Virus record (IMG/VR): IMGVR_UViG_3300045988_044599
Strand: one strand, 5' to 3'
Source of the DNA: a virus
Length of the DNA stretch: 60,135 nucleotides
Each line of letters begins with the position of its first letter. The first letter of the stretch is position 1. The notes under the pieces were generated by a model that was not told where the DNA came from, searched no databases, and saw only the letters and a list, made by a program, of their open reading frames with translations. The translations under genes and the position numbers were made by a program. Below, piece by piece: positions 6,253 through 16,834 of this stretch.

Positions 6253-9200
6253 TCATTTGACCAAATAAGCCAGGAATTCCGCGTAAACATCCACCGGGCA
6301 AGGCTGGTCGGCGTTATACAGCTTCAATGTGAAGCCGCTCTGACCGCCCGTGTTCATCGGGTGCGCGATGATGCCCGCCCATTGTGAATCCGCGTTCGCG
6401 ACGACGTAATAGTGGCCGTATTTCGTCGGGCTGAACGTGCAATCGACTTGCATGGAAGCGCCGGTCGCAATCTTCGAGCCGGGATTCGGATACCACGCCT
6501 TCCACGCAGCCTGGGCATGGAACGTAAAACGGTTCGTGATGCCGCCAAGATAGCCGCCGAGATACACGTATCCGGTGCCGATGTTCGCGCCGACTCCGAC
6601 CTCGCCGTTCGCGTCTTGCGCTTCGAGCCAGCACTCCGAACCGTTCGCGCTATCGCCGGCCAGAGTGAGGAAAGCGCTGCTTTTCTTGCTCTCGTCCGGC
6701 TCGTCGTAATCCGTGTTCGCCACGGCATGCACTCTGGATGTGACGCCGCCGCTGCCGGTACCGCCTTTCTTGCGCGGCTTCGATCTGAGAGACAGGAACG
6801 CGGCGGGGTCGTTCTTGCTCACGTGTCCGCTCCACAAGTCCAGTTCGCCCATCGCGCCGACCTGATTCGACTGGATGACAGAAGCAATGGCCGGATGCGA
6901 AAAGTAGGCGGTGGACCCGTTGTAAGCCGGGAATTCGATGCCATCACCGGTGAAAGTCTCAGATCCGCCGATGATGTAGGTCTGATAATCCGGACTGATA
7001 CGCACCCTGTGCCCGCTCGTGCGGGTTTGGAACGTGCCGGTCAGCACATTGCTCTTCCCCTCGCCGTCCAGGTAGACGGTGCGGTTGTGATGGCTGTCCC
7101 ACATCTGCAAGGCCGTGCTATTGAGCTTCATGCCGGTGTTCTTGGCCTCGGAGCTCTGGAAGACGGCGCCGGTGAACACGTAGCCTCGGAACTGACCTGC
7201 CGCCACCTTGTCGGACGTGATAGTGCCAGCCGCGATCTTGACAGCCGTCACACTGTTTGCCGCCAGCTTGTCGGCGGTGATCGCTCCGGACACTATCTTC
7301 GAAGCGTTCACCGAGTTCGCCGCGAGCTTGTCCGCGTTAACCGCGTTCGCGGCGAGCTTGTCCGTCGTGATTGCACCGGACACGATGTCGCCCGCCTGAA
7401 TCTTATGGACATTCAACAAGGCCACGGTCATATCCTCCGTGACCTTGAGTTTCGCCGTCGTAACCGAGTTGGCGGCCAGCTTGTCGGTGGTGATGGCGAG
7501 CGAGACGATGTTGCGCGCCTGCACGCTGTCAGCGGCGAGTTTCGCGGCGGTCACCGCATCAGTCACCAGCTTTTCAGTGGTCACGCTGTTTGCTGCGAGC
7601 TTGTCGGTGGTGATGGCATTGGCCTTGACCTTCTCCGCCGTCACGGAGTCGGCGGCAAGATGCTTCGCGGACACCGTCCCAGCAGCGAGGATGTTGTTCG
7701 CCACAAGGTCGAATGGCTCGAAGCGCGTGCCATCCCACGTCAGGACTTCGACCACGCGGTCAGTCAATGGCACGAGCACGGAAGGTGAATTATTCGGAGC
7801 GCCCTGCCAGTAGGTGTAGAAGTCGGCCAAGAGGCTCGGTGAGTTGTTCTTCTCGCCTTTCCACCTCGTCCAATACCTCTGCGTGCGCCACCACATGTCG
7901 CCCGGCTTCAACCCATCATGGGATGGTTCGTCGGGGCCACGGTAGATGAGGTTCTTGCCGTCAGCGGTGGTCTGTGCCTTCTGCGCTGCGGCCTGCGCCT
8001 GATTCGCCTGTGACGCGGCGTTGGCGGCAGCGGTCGAAGCCTTGTCTGCGGTGGACTGCGCGGTCTTGGCCGCATCATTCGCCTTGACCGCCGCGTTCGC
8101 CGCGTCGGTTGCGGCCTTGTCCGTCACCGCCACCCAAGCCGACCCGTTCCACCGTTTCGGCGTGTTCGCACCATTCGTCGTGTCGATCCACAATGTCGTT
8201 GCCTTGCGCATCGACGTATCCGGCGCAGTGGACTGGATCAGCACGTCGGCCTTGCCGTTCGCCACGCCAGCCGCCGCCGCAGCAGCCGTATTCGCCTTCT
8301 GCGCAGCATTGGCCGCGTCCGTGGCGGACTGGGCCGCGCTGTCTGCGGTGGCCTTCGCCTGCGTCGCAACACTCGACGCATTCGCGGCGGTGGCCTTGGC
8401 GTTGGCCGCATCGGTCTTCGCGGTGGAAGCGTCCGATTTGGCGGAAGCCGCGTCGGACTTGGCCGCATTGGCCGAAGCATTGGCCGTGTTCGCCAAAGTC
8501 TCCGCATTGCCGGCGGTCTTCTTGGCGCTTTCGGCGGCGGTCTGGGCGGCATTGGCCGCATCCTTGGCCTGACCTGCGGTCGCGGTGGCACTCTTAGCGG
8601 CGGCGGTAGCCGCGTTGGCGGTATCCTGCGCTGTCTTCGCCGCACCATTGGCCGTATCAGCCGTGCCCTGCGCGTTTTTCGCTGCGGCAGCGGCATTCTC
8701 GGCAGCTTTGCGGGCATCCGTGGTCTTAGCGGCATTATCCGCGATATCCGACTTCGCCTTGGAAATTTCATCCGCGTTCTTCTCGACATCGGCATAGCCG
8801 AGATGGTTCCAATTCGAGCCATCCCAGACAAGCGTATCGATAACGCGGTCGGCCAGCGGCACGAGCACGGAAGGTGAATTATTCGGAGCGCCCTGCCAGT
8901 AGGTGTAGAAGTCGGCCAAGAGGCTCGGTGAGTTGTTCTTCTCGCCTTTCCACCTCGTCCAATACCTCTGCGTCTTGAGCCACAGGTCGCCGACGATGAG
9001 ATTGTCCTTCGGCTCGTCGGGACCACGGAAAGTATGGTTCTTCGAATGGGCTTCGGCATACGCCTGCGCCGCCGACTCCTTCGCCTTCGAAATCTCACCG
9101 TTCGCCGTGGTCAGGTCGCTCTTGGTCTGCGCAATATCCTTCCGAGCCTGAGACAGGTCGGTCTGCGCCTGAGCGAGCGACTTGGACGCCGCGTCGAGAT

Positions 9201-11160
9201 TCGACTTGTTGGCTTGGATGTCCTTCTGGGCCTGCGTCAGCTTCGCCGTATTATCCTTCAACGCCGTCTGATTGTCAGCCAAATCCTTTTGAATCTGCTT
9301 GACCTCATCCGGCGAGACGGCGGAAGCCACGGTCACAGTGGCAATCGCAGACCAGTCAGACTTATTGCCCGCATGATCGACAGCACGAAACGCATAAGTA
9401 TGAGACGTGCCAGCCGTCAAACCAGTAATCACATAATCGCCAATACCAGTCGAAACAGCTGCAATCTCCTTGAAACTACCATTAGTCAAACGTTCGCCAA
9501 GAATGTTCCTGTCCCAGTCAATCGGCATGGAACCACCATCAGCAGTTTTTCCATCCCAATTAACCGAAACCACACCAAACTCAGATGAAAGAATCGGCTT
9601 AGACGGTACAGGAGGAGGAGTCGTATCCTTAGCGACAGTCAACGCGAACACGCTAGACCATTCGCCCATCTGATCTGAATACGATGGGACAGCACGCACT
9701 CGGATAAGAATCTGAACACCACAATCCAAATTCGACCAAGACAACGTGTGCTCGGTTGTAGTACCAGCCGAATGCCACTCATATCCAGTCTTATTCACAC
9801 GATATTCGACCACATACGACGTGATGTCCATAGCAGTGCCATCAGTAGCCAACGTCACATCATCCCAACGGGCGGTCACCATGCCACGCGCATACCCATT
9901 CACATTGATATAAGCGTCGGAATTGGCCGACAGATTCTGCGGAGCCTTCGGCACTCGATGGTCCTTTTCAGGAGCCGGAATCGCACCGGACGCGCCACCC
10001 AAATGAGCACCACCGGTAATACCGTTCATACGCTTCGTCAAACGAACCGAGGAATCATAATTCTTGTCGTTCAGAATCAGCGAAGCCTTGAACCCAGTCG
10101 AGTCGAGTTGCAAAGTGACCTGTTGGACACGGACCTTCTCACGGTTCGCCACTGTAGGCGCGGTAATCCAATCGCCTATCGTGTAATCGACAAGCGGCAG
10201 ACAAGACGCTTCGACCACGTTCACGGATCGCGTGTACTGTCCGCGCACCCTAGCCGCGTTAGCCAACGTCGGTTTGATGAGCTGTTCGGCGGTCTCCTTC
10301 TTGTTCACACCCTGTTGGCTTGAATACAATTCCCAACCGCCCCAAGGCTTCGGGGCGTTCGGATTATCCTGCCGGAAATTAATATTGTCGCCACGTACAA
10401 GGATCGAGGAAGCCAGACCATCGATACTTTCATCGTCAGGAGCTTCGGACACATCCTGAGCAAGCGTCACCACACACGATTTAGACAAGTCACGGCATAT
10501 GGCGACACTATCCGCGTTCCATAACAGCAGTTGCCGGGCATCAGTACGCCAATCGCACAAGCCGTTGTTCACCAGCGAATCCAACACGTCCTGCATTGAA
10601 ATGCCAAGATCATAGTAGATGCTCGGCAGCATGTAGCCCCACTGCTTACCAGCGGAATCAGCACCGGAAGTGAACCGGCTGCAATCGACTTTCACGCCGC
10701 CACGATTCCAATTCTCATCCATGAACGTGCGCATGATCGTGCCAGCGTTCGCGTTCGCGAATTTACGAGTGCCTTTCTCGTCGCCTTTGGTCTCCAATCT
10801 GGACGTGTCCAGATTCAAAGCCTTCTTCAACAGCCACCCGTAGGAAACGCCGGTCAACGACACCGTGTCGGATACGTCCAGAGCATTCCTTGAACGTGAA
10901 GCGATAACAAACCGGCCATTATACGGTTCAATCCAGCGTCCACCATCAGACACTTCCACGGCGATTTCCAAGCCGGTTTCAAGACGCCGGTCAAGAATCT
11001 CACCACGCAAAGCTTTACGCGAATAGCTGACGGTCAAAGCACCTACAGCATCATGAGTGAACGACACAGTATAGGAAGTCGGCTCAGGCAGCAATCCAAG
11101 CTTGCTTCCATTGGCCTGATATGCGACAAGACGAGATTTTAGAGTCTTACCCATAAGCAT
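6253..11160 (-). CDS. tail tip/fibre protein (Tal-like N-terminus, two FN3 domains, Ala-rich coiled coil, repeat rod, C-terminal binding domain)
   Basis: 1635 aa, placed after TMP and Dit. FN3-like segments PKAPQNLSA...RVRAVPSY and PPPVPSKP...FRAVDHAGN. A long A/K/T/D-rich coiled coil. Degenerate 11-residue repeats of the ITTDKLAANSV type map to about 7200-7700. Confidence 0.85.
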   Translation of the reverse strand: MLMGKTLKSRLVAYQANGSKLGLLPEPTSYTVSFTHDAVGALTVSYSRKALRGEILDRRLETGLEIAVEVSDGGRWIEPYNGRFVIASRSRNALDVSDTVSLTGVSYGWLLKKALNLDTSRLETKGDEKGTRKFANANAGTIMRTFMDENWNRGGVKVDCSRFTSGADSAGKQWGYMLPSIYYDLGISMQDVLDSLVNNGLCDWRTDARQLLLWNADSVAICRDLSKSCVVTLAQDVSEAPDDESIDGLASSILVRGDNINFRQDNPNAPKPWGGWELYSSQQGVNKKETAEQLIKPTLANAARVRGQYTRSVNVVEASCLPLVDYTIGDWITAPTVANREKVRVQQVTLQLDSTGFKASLILNDKNYDSSVRLTKRMNGITGGAHLGGASGAIPAPEKDHRVPKAPQNLSANSDAYINVNGYARGMVTARWDDVTLATDGTAMDITSYVVEYRVNKTGYEWHSAGTTTEHTLSWSNLDCGVQILIRVRAVPSYSDQMGEWSSVFALTVAKDTTPPPVPSKPILSSEFGVVSVNWDGKTADGGSMPIDWDRNILGERLTNGSFKEIAAVSTGIGDYVITGLTAGTSHTYAFRAVDHAGNKSDWSAIATVTVASAVSPDEVKQIQKDLADNQTALKDNTAKLTQAQKDIQANKSNLDAASKSLAQAQTDLSQARKDIAQTKSDLTTANGEISKAKESAAQAYAEAHSKNHTFRGPDEPKDNLIVGDLWLKTQRYWTRWKGEKNNSPSLLADFYTYWQGAPNNSPSVLVPLADRVIDTLVWDGSNWNHLGYADVEKNADEISKAKSDIADNAAKTTDARKAAENAAAAAKNAQGTADTANGAAKTAQDTANAATAAAKSATATAGQAKDAANAAQTAAESAKKTAGNAETLANTANASANAAKSDAASAKSDASTAKTDAANAKATAANASSVATQAKATADSAAQSATDAANAAQKANTAAAAAAGVANGKADVLIQSTAPDTSMRKATTLWIDTTNGANTPKRWNGSAWVAVTDKAATDAANAAVKANDAAKTAQSTADKASTAAANAASQANQAQAAAQKAQTTADGKNLIYRGPDEPSHDGLKPGDMWWRTQRYWTRWKGEKNNSPSLLADFYTYWQGAPNNSPSVLVPLTDRVVEVLTWDGTRFEPFDLVANNILAAGTVSAKHLAADSVTAEKVKANAITTDKLAANSVTTEKLVTDAVTAAKLAADSVQARNIVSLAITTDKLAANSVTTAKLKVTEDMTVALLNVHKIQAGDIVSGAITTDKLAANAVNADKLAANSVNASKIVSGAITADKLAANSVTAVKIAAGTITSDKVAAGQFRGYVFTGAVFQSSEAKNTGMKLNSTALQMWDSHHNRTVYLDGEGKSNVLTGTFQTRTSGHRVRISPDYQTYIIGGSETFTGDGIEFPAYNGSTAYFSHPAIASVIQSNQVGAMGELDLWSGHVSKNDPAAFLSLRSKPRKKGGTGSGGVTSRVHAVANTDYDEPDESKKSSAFLTLAGDSANGSECWLEAQDANGEVGVGANIGTGYVYLGGYLGGITNRFTFHAQAAWKAWYPNPGSKIATGASMQVDCTFSPTKYGHYYVVANADSQWAGIIAHPMNTGGQSGFTLKLYNADQPCPVDVYAEFLAYLVK
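7769..7884 (-). repeat. 116-bp perfect direct repeat, copy A (inside the fibre gene)
   Basis: Identical to 8858-8973. Encodes ...YWTRWKGEKNNSPSLLADFYTYWQGAPNNSPSVLVP. Confidence 0.95.
8858..8973 (-). repeat. 116-bp perfect direct repeat, copy B (inside the fibre gene)
   Basis: Identical to 7769-7884. The offset is 1089 bp, which equals 363 codons and is in frame. Confidence 0.95.
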
Positions 11161-11193
11161 CCCTCAACTTAAAAAGAAAGAAGCCAGTGGAAA

Positions 11194-12087
11194 TCACCAC
11201 CAGCTTCTCTTAAACCTGCACGCCACATCCCCGGAACCAGTGGCCTTAACTGCAATCCTGTAGTCACCAGAAACATCAGGATTGACTTGCAACCTACCGG
11301 AAGGCAGATAATCCAATCCGACTGTCTCGTTCTGAGAACCGCCAGACCATGCGGAATCACTATCGGAACTCCATGCAGTCAACGATCCCGCATCCAAATA
11401 CAAGTAAGGCCGAGCATCCACGCGCGTGCCAGACCATGTGATACCGGTACCGGATACCGTATCCTTCACCGTTATGCCCGTCACACCTTTCGGGAAACGA
11501 AACACCATGTCTGTTATGGGAGCGTCACCGCAACTATACGGAAGTTGAGTGGAAAGCACACTCGGACTAGCGTTCGGAACGCCCTGCCAGAACGTGTAGT
11601 ATCCGGCGGACGGCATCACCGAACCGCCGGACATGACCTTCCCACCGTTCAAAGGCAGTGAGACGGTCTCATGCGTAACGGAACGCCACCACACGTCAGG
11701 CATGGCGAACACGGCAGTGAACGGAACAAACCTGTTCGGATGACTCTTGGAATCATCAGGACTCAAAGAGGTCAACTCGACACGGGTACGCTGCTCGACA
11801 CCATCGACAATCCGACTCATGACAAGATTCGGCATCGTGCACAACCGCATCAGCCTGGATGATTCACCAAGCACATCAGGCTCCCACGCGCATACCTGCA
11901 ACGACAATTGACGTTCCGAAAACCTAGGCGTCATGCCGGAAGGGATAGAACCATGCCGTTGCGGAACCGTCGAAACGGTACGGTCAACACTGATGGCGCT
12001 CAACAATGTCGAACCAACAGTGACGATGCAGTTCTCCGAATCAAGAGGAACATTATTCAACTTGTAGAAACACGTGGAAAAAGCCAC
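11194..12087 (-). CDS. distal tail protein (Dit-like) / minor tail protein
   Basis: 297 aa, lying between TMP and the Tal-like gene. It contains YYTFWQGVPNASPSVL, which is related to the fibre repeat motif. Confidence 0.6.
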   Translation of the reverse strand: MAFSTCFYKLNNVPLDSENCIVTVGSTLLSAISVDRTVSTVPQRHGSIPSGMTPRFSERQLSLQVCAWEPDVLGESSRLMRLCTMPNLVMSRIVDGVEQRTRVELTSLSPDDSKSHPNRFVPFTAVFAMPDVWWRSVTHETVSLPLNGGKVMSGGSVMPSAGYYTFWQGVPNASPSVLSTQLPYSCGDAPITDMVFRFPKGVTGITVKDTVSGTGITWSGTRVDARPYLYLDAGSLTAWSSDSDSAWSGGSQNETVGLDYLPSGRLQVNPDVSGDYRIAVKATGSGDVACRFKRSWW

Positions 12088-12099
12088 GATACTCCCCTC

Positions 12100-15000
12100 T
12101 CACATGCCGATCATCGCAGCCTTGTCCAACTTCTGATTCGTCTGAACCGAGATTGGCGTGATGGTCGGATATTGGAAGTTCTGCGTGATGTTGTATGTAG
12201 GGCCGCTTTCAAACTTGACATCTTCGGAAGAGCCTGCGGAATAGTCAGAAACCATGGAAGGCATCGAAACACGAGTCATACGACGCGCGTTCTTCAAATA
12301 CTGGCTTGGGATGTCACCGCTCGCATTGATGGCGCTCATCACTCCCTTGCCGTACAGGGCTTCCATGCTATGCACTGCGGCGGCACGTACGACATATTCA
12401 CCGGTGGACACGTCGGTGGAATCGTTCAAAGCGATGGAATCGCTCGTGTTCGTTCCGCGTCCGACGATCCTGCCGGTTCGTGTCACATTATCGCCTTCAA
12501 CGCTACCGCCTGTCGCACACCTCTTCTTGACTCCGAAAATAGCGTTGAACGTCCTGCTCGCCCAGCTTCTGCCCTCGCTCCACAAAGTGCCGAGCATTCC
12601 CCAGAAACTACCGGAAATATTTCCACCGAACTGTGCGTTATACGTGCTTCCATTCCACTGGTTCGCGGTGCGTTCAGCACTGCGTTTCGCCGGCTGGGTG
12701 TTGTCCCTCGCGCCGAGTGACGCGGTGGGTCTCAACGAACCGTAGGCGTTGGCGTCGCCTTTCAAATAGTCAATGGTCATCGAAGCAAGATCGGAAGCCT
12801 TCAGATTGGTCGTATAGCCATTGCCATCCGTGCCTTTCTTGAACAGGTCGGCATGTTTCCTGACCTCATCGGTAGCGACAACGGCCTGATTGCCGTCTGC
12901 GTCCAACACGATGGTGTATTTGCCTGAACCGTCTGTGCTCGCATTGTTCATGAGATTGTTCACGGTTGATTGAACCTCATCCGCGCTGGACAATGCTCCG
13001 CTGTTGATGCCGTCAAGGACCGTGGTGAAGATGGCCGTATTGCCCTCGCCGGGGAACAATGCCCGCAAATCAGACAAGTAGGATGTCAGATTCTGCTTCG
13101 ATTGTTCCGTTTCGGTCTTGAACAATGTCTTGACCTCTTCAGGAGTCAACCCATACAGTTGTTGCAGTTTCTGAATCTCCGACTCCGGGACGCCCATCGC
13201 CTTCGCCGTCTCGTAGAACTGTGTTGACAATTCCTGCTGTTTCGCATTCACCTCATCGGTTGACGCGCCGGAAGCAACCAACTGTTCAAGCCAATCATGG
13301 CCTGTCGTAGCGAGATTCTGCAAACTGGTTTGAGCCAACTGTCCAGCCTCGGTCATGTTATTGAACGAGTCTGCGGCACTGTCCCAAACGTTCTGTACGC
13401 CCAATTCCTTGATGCGTTGGATGGAATCACCCAAACCGTTGTAAATCTGACCATATTCCGTTGCGACACTCAAAGCGTTCTGCTGCGCGGTACGCTGATT
13501 GTTGACGATATCGTTGTACTTCTGAGTGGCACTGTTCAACATCTGCTGACGTTGAGATTGAGTCGCAATGGCAATGGAAACCGAATCGGAATCCTCACCC
13601 ATCTCGATCAAACTCTTCGCATAGCCGGCAGCATGACCATTCGCAACGGATGTCGCTTCCGCATTATCGATGTACTGCTGACGCGCCTTTTCCATTACTG
13701 CTATAAGCTTCTTGGCTGCACCAGCTTCATTACCGTAATTCTGCGTCGCGGTAGCCGAATAGGTGCTGTGAGCATCATATGTGGCCTTCAACTGATTCAT
13801 CATCGAGTTGTAAGCCTTCGTACTGCCGCTCGCAGCCTTGCTCAGGTCAGTGGTCGAAACACCAAGCTTGTCGGCAGCTTCGGCAGTATTCTTGAATCCA
13901 GTTGTCCAATCATCCAACCAGCTCCAACCAGTCTCAGCATAATTACCGTCCTTGAACGCATCCCGAATCGCGGAAGCGACATTGGATAACGCGCCGGAAG
14001 CTTCGGCGGCCGAATCAGGAATCTTACCCAACGCCGTCGCAATATTCTCGGAAGCACGCTCAGTCGCCTGAGCTTTCGCATTGTAATCGGAATACGCTGC
14101 GACTGCTGCCGTAATGGCAGCCACACCCCAAGTCACCGGATTGGAAACCGTAGACGCAAGCATCCCACCCAAACCAGACGCAACAGCCTTCACCTTGCCC
14201 ATCGCGCCCTCAGCAGAGCCGACATTCGACACGAACTTAGAAACAGCGGGATTAGACGCCACCCACCCCTGAGCGACATTCTTCAACGTCACACCAGTAC
14301 CGGCGGAAGTCACACCCAACTCCATCAAAGCCTTCTGCCATTGCAGCGACTTCATCGTGTTCTCAACCACGGCAAGCTTCACCGTGTCCAAAGCGGTCTT
14401 GCCAGCCTTGCCGAACGTGGCGAACACGCCCAACGCGGCCTGAATCGGTTCCGGCAACGCGCTGAAAGCCTTAGTCACAGCCTCGGCGGCGGTAGCGATA
14501 GCCTGAATCAGCGGAGCAGAAGCACGAAGAGAAGCAGCCAATGTGCCGCCGAACGTCTTAGACAGTTGCCCGACAGTCGAAAGCAGCTGGCTGAACATCG
14601 GACTCACATCGCCAACAGCGTTGAACACCTTCTGGAAACCATCGGAAACACCAGACGAGAAATCGGAAATACCACCGCTACTGTTCTTCAACAGGCGGCT
14701 CACATTCTTCGTGAACGAAGCAATCGTCCTACCGGCATCACCGAAAACATTTCCCACGGTATGCCGCAGAGAATAGCCAGCGTCACCAATCTCGGAGAAT
14801 GAATCACGCATCGCGGACTGCGCCACTTTAGCGCCAACGGCCCACGACTTCAACGTGTCTTGGAACTTTGCCGAATTGACAGCCTTATCCGCCTTCTGCA
14901 ACTCCTTGGAGAAGCTTTGGATGCCATTCTGGTCCTCAGCCAAAGCGGAATACAAGCCGGAAGCAATACCCATGAGCGCTTTCACGGAATTCTTCAAATA

Positions 15001-16815
15001 TCCAGCCTGTTCAATGACACGCTGCATCGACTTCTCAATCTCACCGGACGCGCGTGCGTTATCGACCCAACGTGCGAACTGATCCGCAAGCTCACTCACA
15101 TACCGTGTGGCACGAGGGAGATACTGGCTAGTTGAATCGCCAAGATTCAGGAAAGCCTTGACAAGGCTCTCAACACCCGGTTCCAAATAAGTCAACGACT
15201 TATTCACATCGTTGAAAATGCTGGATACGACGCTTGTCTTATCGGCTTCCTTGACCATCTTGGTCATGCCGACGACGATTCGTCCCTCATGGTCGGCAAG
15301 AGTTGACATTTGGGGAATCAACGTGTCGGCAATGGAATCAGCCAATCCACGGATGGCCGGACGGGCCTGACCGTAGAACGCGTTAACCACGCTGTCGGAC
15401 AGCTTGCCCAGCTTCGTGGATGCAATGTCGATCTGCTCGCTCCAAGTGGCGCCCTTTTCGCCCCAAATCATCTTCACGGACGCATAGGCGGCGCCCAATC
15501 CGACGAGAGCGGCAGGAGCGGCCAATGCGGCCTTCGACATGGAAACAATCGAAGCGCCGACGCCGAGCACGCTACGGGACATGTTGATAGCGCCAGCGGA
15601 AACACCGGCGAACACGGTACCCAATGCGGAAAAGAACGGAACCTTCTCATCCAGCGAGTCCATGAAATTCACGAATTTCTGGAATTGATTGTTTACAGCA
15701 CGCAAGCCTGTCGCGCCATACGTCATGCCATCCAGCATTTTGCCGAAATCAGTGGCATGGAGTTTCGCGTAAATCTCGACGGAACGAGGACGGGTGAGCA
15801 TGGCAAGATGAGTACGGGCACCAGCCGTTTTAAGGTCGATGTCCATTTCAAGCTTCTTATAATCTTCTTGAAGCTTCTTGGCCTTCTCACGCGCACGGGT
15901 CACATCCAAATCAAGATTGACCTCATAGTGGTAGTTCTTGTCCTTGCCGGCATGGAACGCAGCAAGATTCAGCTTGTCGATGGCTGACCGGTAGTCGGTC
16001 TCGATGTCGTTCGGAAGACTGCGGAATTTCCGCTTCAACGCTTCAAGTTCGCGTTCCATGCTTTTCGCGCCGTCGAGATAGACCTTCGCATGGGCGTCCA
16101 TCCCATCGACCTGCTTCAGACGCTTGGACACGTTCTCGAGAACGTTGACGACCTCGGAAACATCGTTGACGTCAACACGGATGTTCGCCTTGCTGTCATG
16201 CTTCAACTGCTGCATCGCATTGTCGAGCTGTTCGACGAGACGGTTGGCGCGAGCCATCGAGACATTGTTGGAACTGCCCAGAGGCTTGACCTTCTCGATC
16301 GCATCCTGCATACTGCGGATGTGCTTCTTGACGTTATCCAAAACGTCGATCTGCTTGTTCGCGTATGCCGTGGTCAATCGCGTGTTGCGTTTCACCGCAT
16401 CCTGATACGATTTGCTTTTCAGCGTGACCTTGCGCCAAGCATCGCCACCATTGGCGATACGCTTGTTCATCGCGGAAACAGCCTTGTCGGAAGACTGAAC
16501 TTGCTTGCGCATCGTTCGCAGATCACGCAAAGCGTCGGTCAGCTCGACTTTCGGGGATACTTTACGTTTATCAATGTCCCGAAGAACACGTTTCAGATCG
16601 GAGTCATCGCCACGAATCTCAACATTCTGGACGATGCCATCATCCTCGATACGCCTTTTCGCCGCACGCCAACGAGACATGTCAACGTCAGGCGTCACAC
16701 GAACATCGAAATCGTCATCGGCGTACCTGGCGAGCTTACGGCGGAGTTCTTCGCCAAAACCCTTGGTGTTCGGATAAATATCAATTCCAACGGAACCGGC
16801 GAGATACTCCACCAT
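12100..16815 (-). CDS. tape measure protein
   Basis: 1571 aa, placed directly after the G/GT chaperone genes. It has long helical and hydrophobic central segments. Confidence 0.9.
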   Translation of the reverse strand: MVEYLAGSVGIDIYPNTKGFGEELRRKLARYADDDFDVRVTPDVDMSRWRAAKRRIEDDGIVQNVEIRGDDSDLKRVLRDIDKRKVSPKVELTDALRDLRTMRKQVQSSDKAVSAMNKRIANGGDAWRKVTLKSKSYQDAVKRNTRLTTAYANKQIDVLDNVKKHIRSMQDAIEKVKPLGSSNNVSMARANRLVEQLDNAMQQLKHDSKANIRVDVNDVSEVVNVLENVSKRLKQVDGMDAHAKVYLDGAKSMERELEALKRKFRSLPNDIETDYRSAIDKLNLAAFHAGKDKNYHYEVNLDLDVTRAREKAKKLQEDYKKLEMDIDLKTAGARTHLAMLTRPRSVEIYAKLHATDFGKMLDGMTYGATGLRAVNNQFQKFVNFMDSLDEKVPFFSALGTVFAGVSAGAINMSRSVLGVGASIVSMSKAALAAPAALVGLGAAYASVKMIWGEKGATWSEQIDIASTKLGKLSDSVVNAFYGQARPAIRGLADSIADTLIPQMSTLADHEGRIVVGMTKMVKEADKTSVVSSIFNDVNKSLTYLEPGVESLVKAFLNLGDSTSQYLPRATRYVSELADQFARWVDNARASGEIEKSMQRVIEQAGYLKNSVKALMGIASGLYSALAEDQNGIQSFSKELQKADKAVNSAKFQDTLKSWAVGAKVAQSAMRDSFSEIGDAGYSLRHTVGNVFGDAGRTIASFTKNVSRLLKNSSGGISDFSSGVSDGFQKVFNAVGDVSPMFSQLLSTVGQLSKTFGGTLAASLRASAPLIQAIATAAEAVTKAFSALPEPIQAALGVFATFGKAGKTALDTVKLAVVENTMKSLQWQKALMELGVTSAGTGVTLKNVAQGWVASNPAVSKFVSNVGSAEGAMGKVKAVASGLGGMLASTVSNPVTWGVAAITAAVAAYSDYNAKAQATERASENIATALGKIPDSAAEASGALSNVASAIRDAFKDGNYAETGWSWLDDWTTGFKNTAEAADKLGVSTTDLSKAASGSTKAYNSMMNQLKATYDAHSTYSATATQNYGNEAGAAKKLIAVMEKARQQYIDNAEATSVANGHAAGYAKSLIEMGEDSDSVSIAIATQSQRQQMLNSATQKYNDIVNNQRTAQQNALSVATEYGQIYNGLGDSIQRIKELGVQNVWDSAADSFNNMTEAGQLAQTSLQNLATTGHDWLEQLVASGASTDEVNAKQQELSTQFYETAKAMGVPESEIQKLQQLYGLTPEEVKTLFKTETEQSKQNLTSYLSDLRALFPGEGNTAIFTTVLDGINSGALSSADEVQSTVNNLMNNASTDGSGKYTIVLDADGNQAVVATDEVRKHADLFKKGTDGNGYTTNLKASDLASMTIDYLKGDANAYGSLRPTASLGARDNTQPAKRSAERTANQWNGSTYNAQFGGNISGSFWGMLGTLWSEGRSWASRTFNAIFGVKKRCATGGSVEGDNVTRTGRIVGRGTNTSDSIALNDSTDVSTGEYVVRAAAVHSMEALYGKGVMSAINASGDIPSQYLKNARRMTRVSMPSMVSDYSAGSSEDVKFESGPTYNITQNFQYPTITPISVQTNQKLDKAAMIGM

Positions 16816-16834
16816 AAGAACCCCTGTTTTTCAA

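Noticed and set aside
7769-8973. The two 116-bp repeats considered as a template/variable repeat pair of a diversity-generating retroelement.
   Set aside because: The copies are 100% identical with no adenine-specific differences. Both lie in frame in the same gene, and no reverse transcriptase is present in the window.
6412-9098. Long ORFs antisense to, or out of frame with, the fibre gene, for example 6412-7788 (+, 458 aa), 8021-8597 (+) and 8238-9098 (-, 286 aa).
   Set aside because: They are Arg/Ala/Pro-rich low-complexity translations lying fully inside a 1635-aa ORF that has recognisable FN3 and repeat domains. These are typical shadow ORFs of high-GC DNA.
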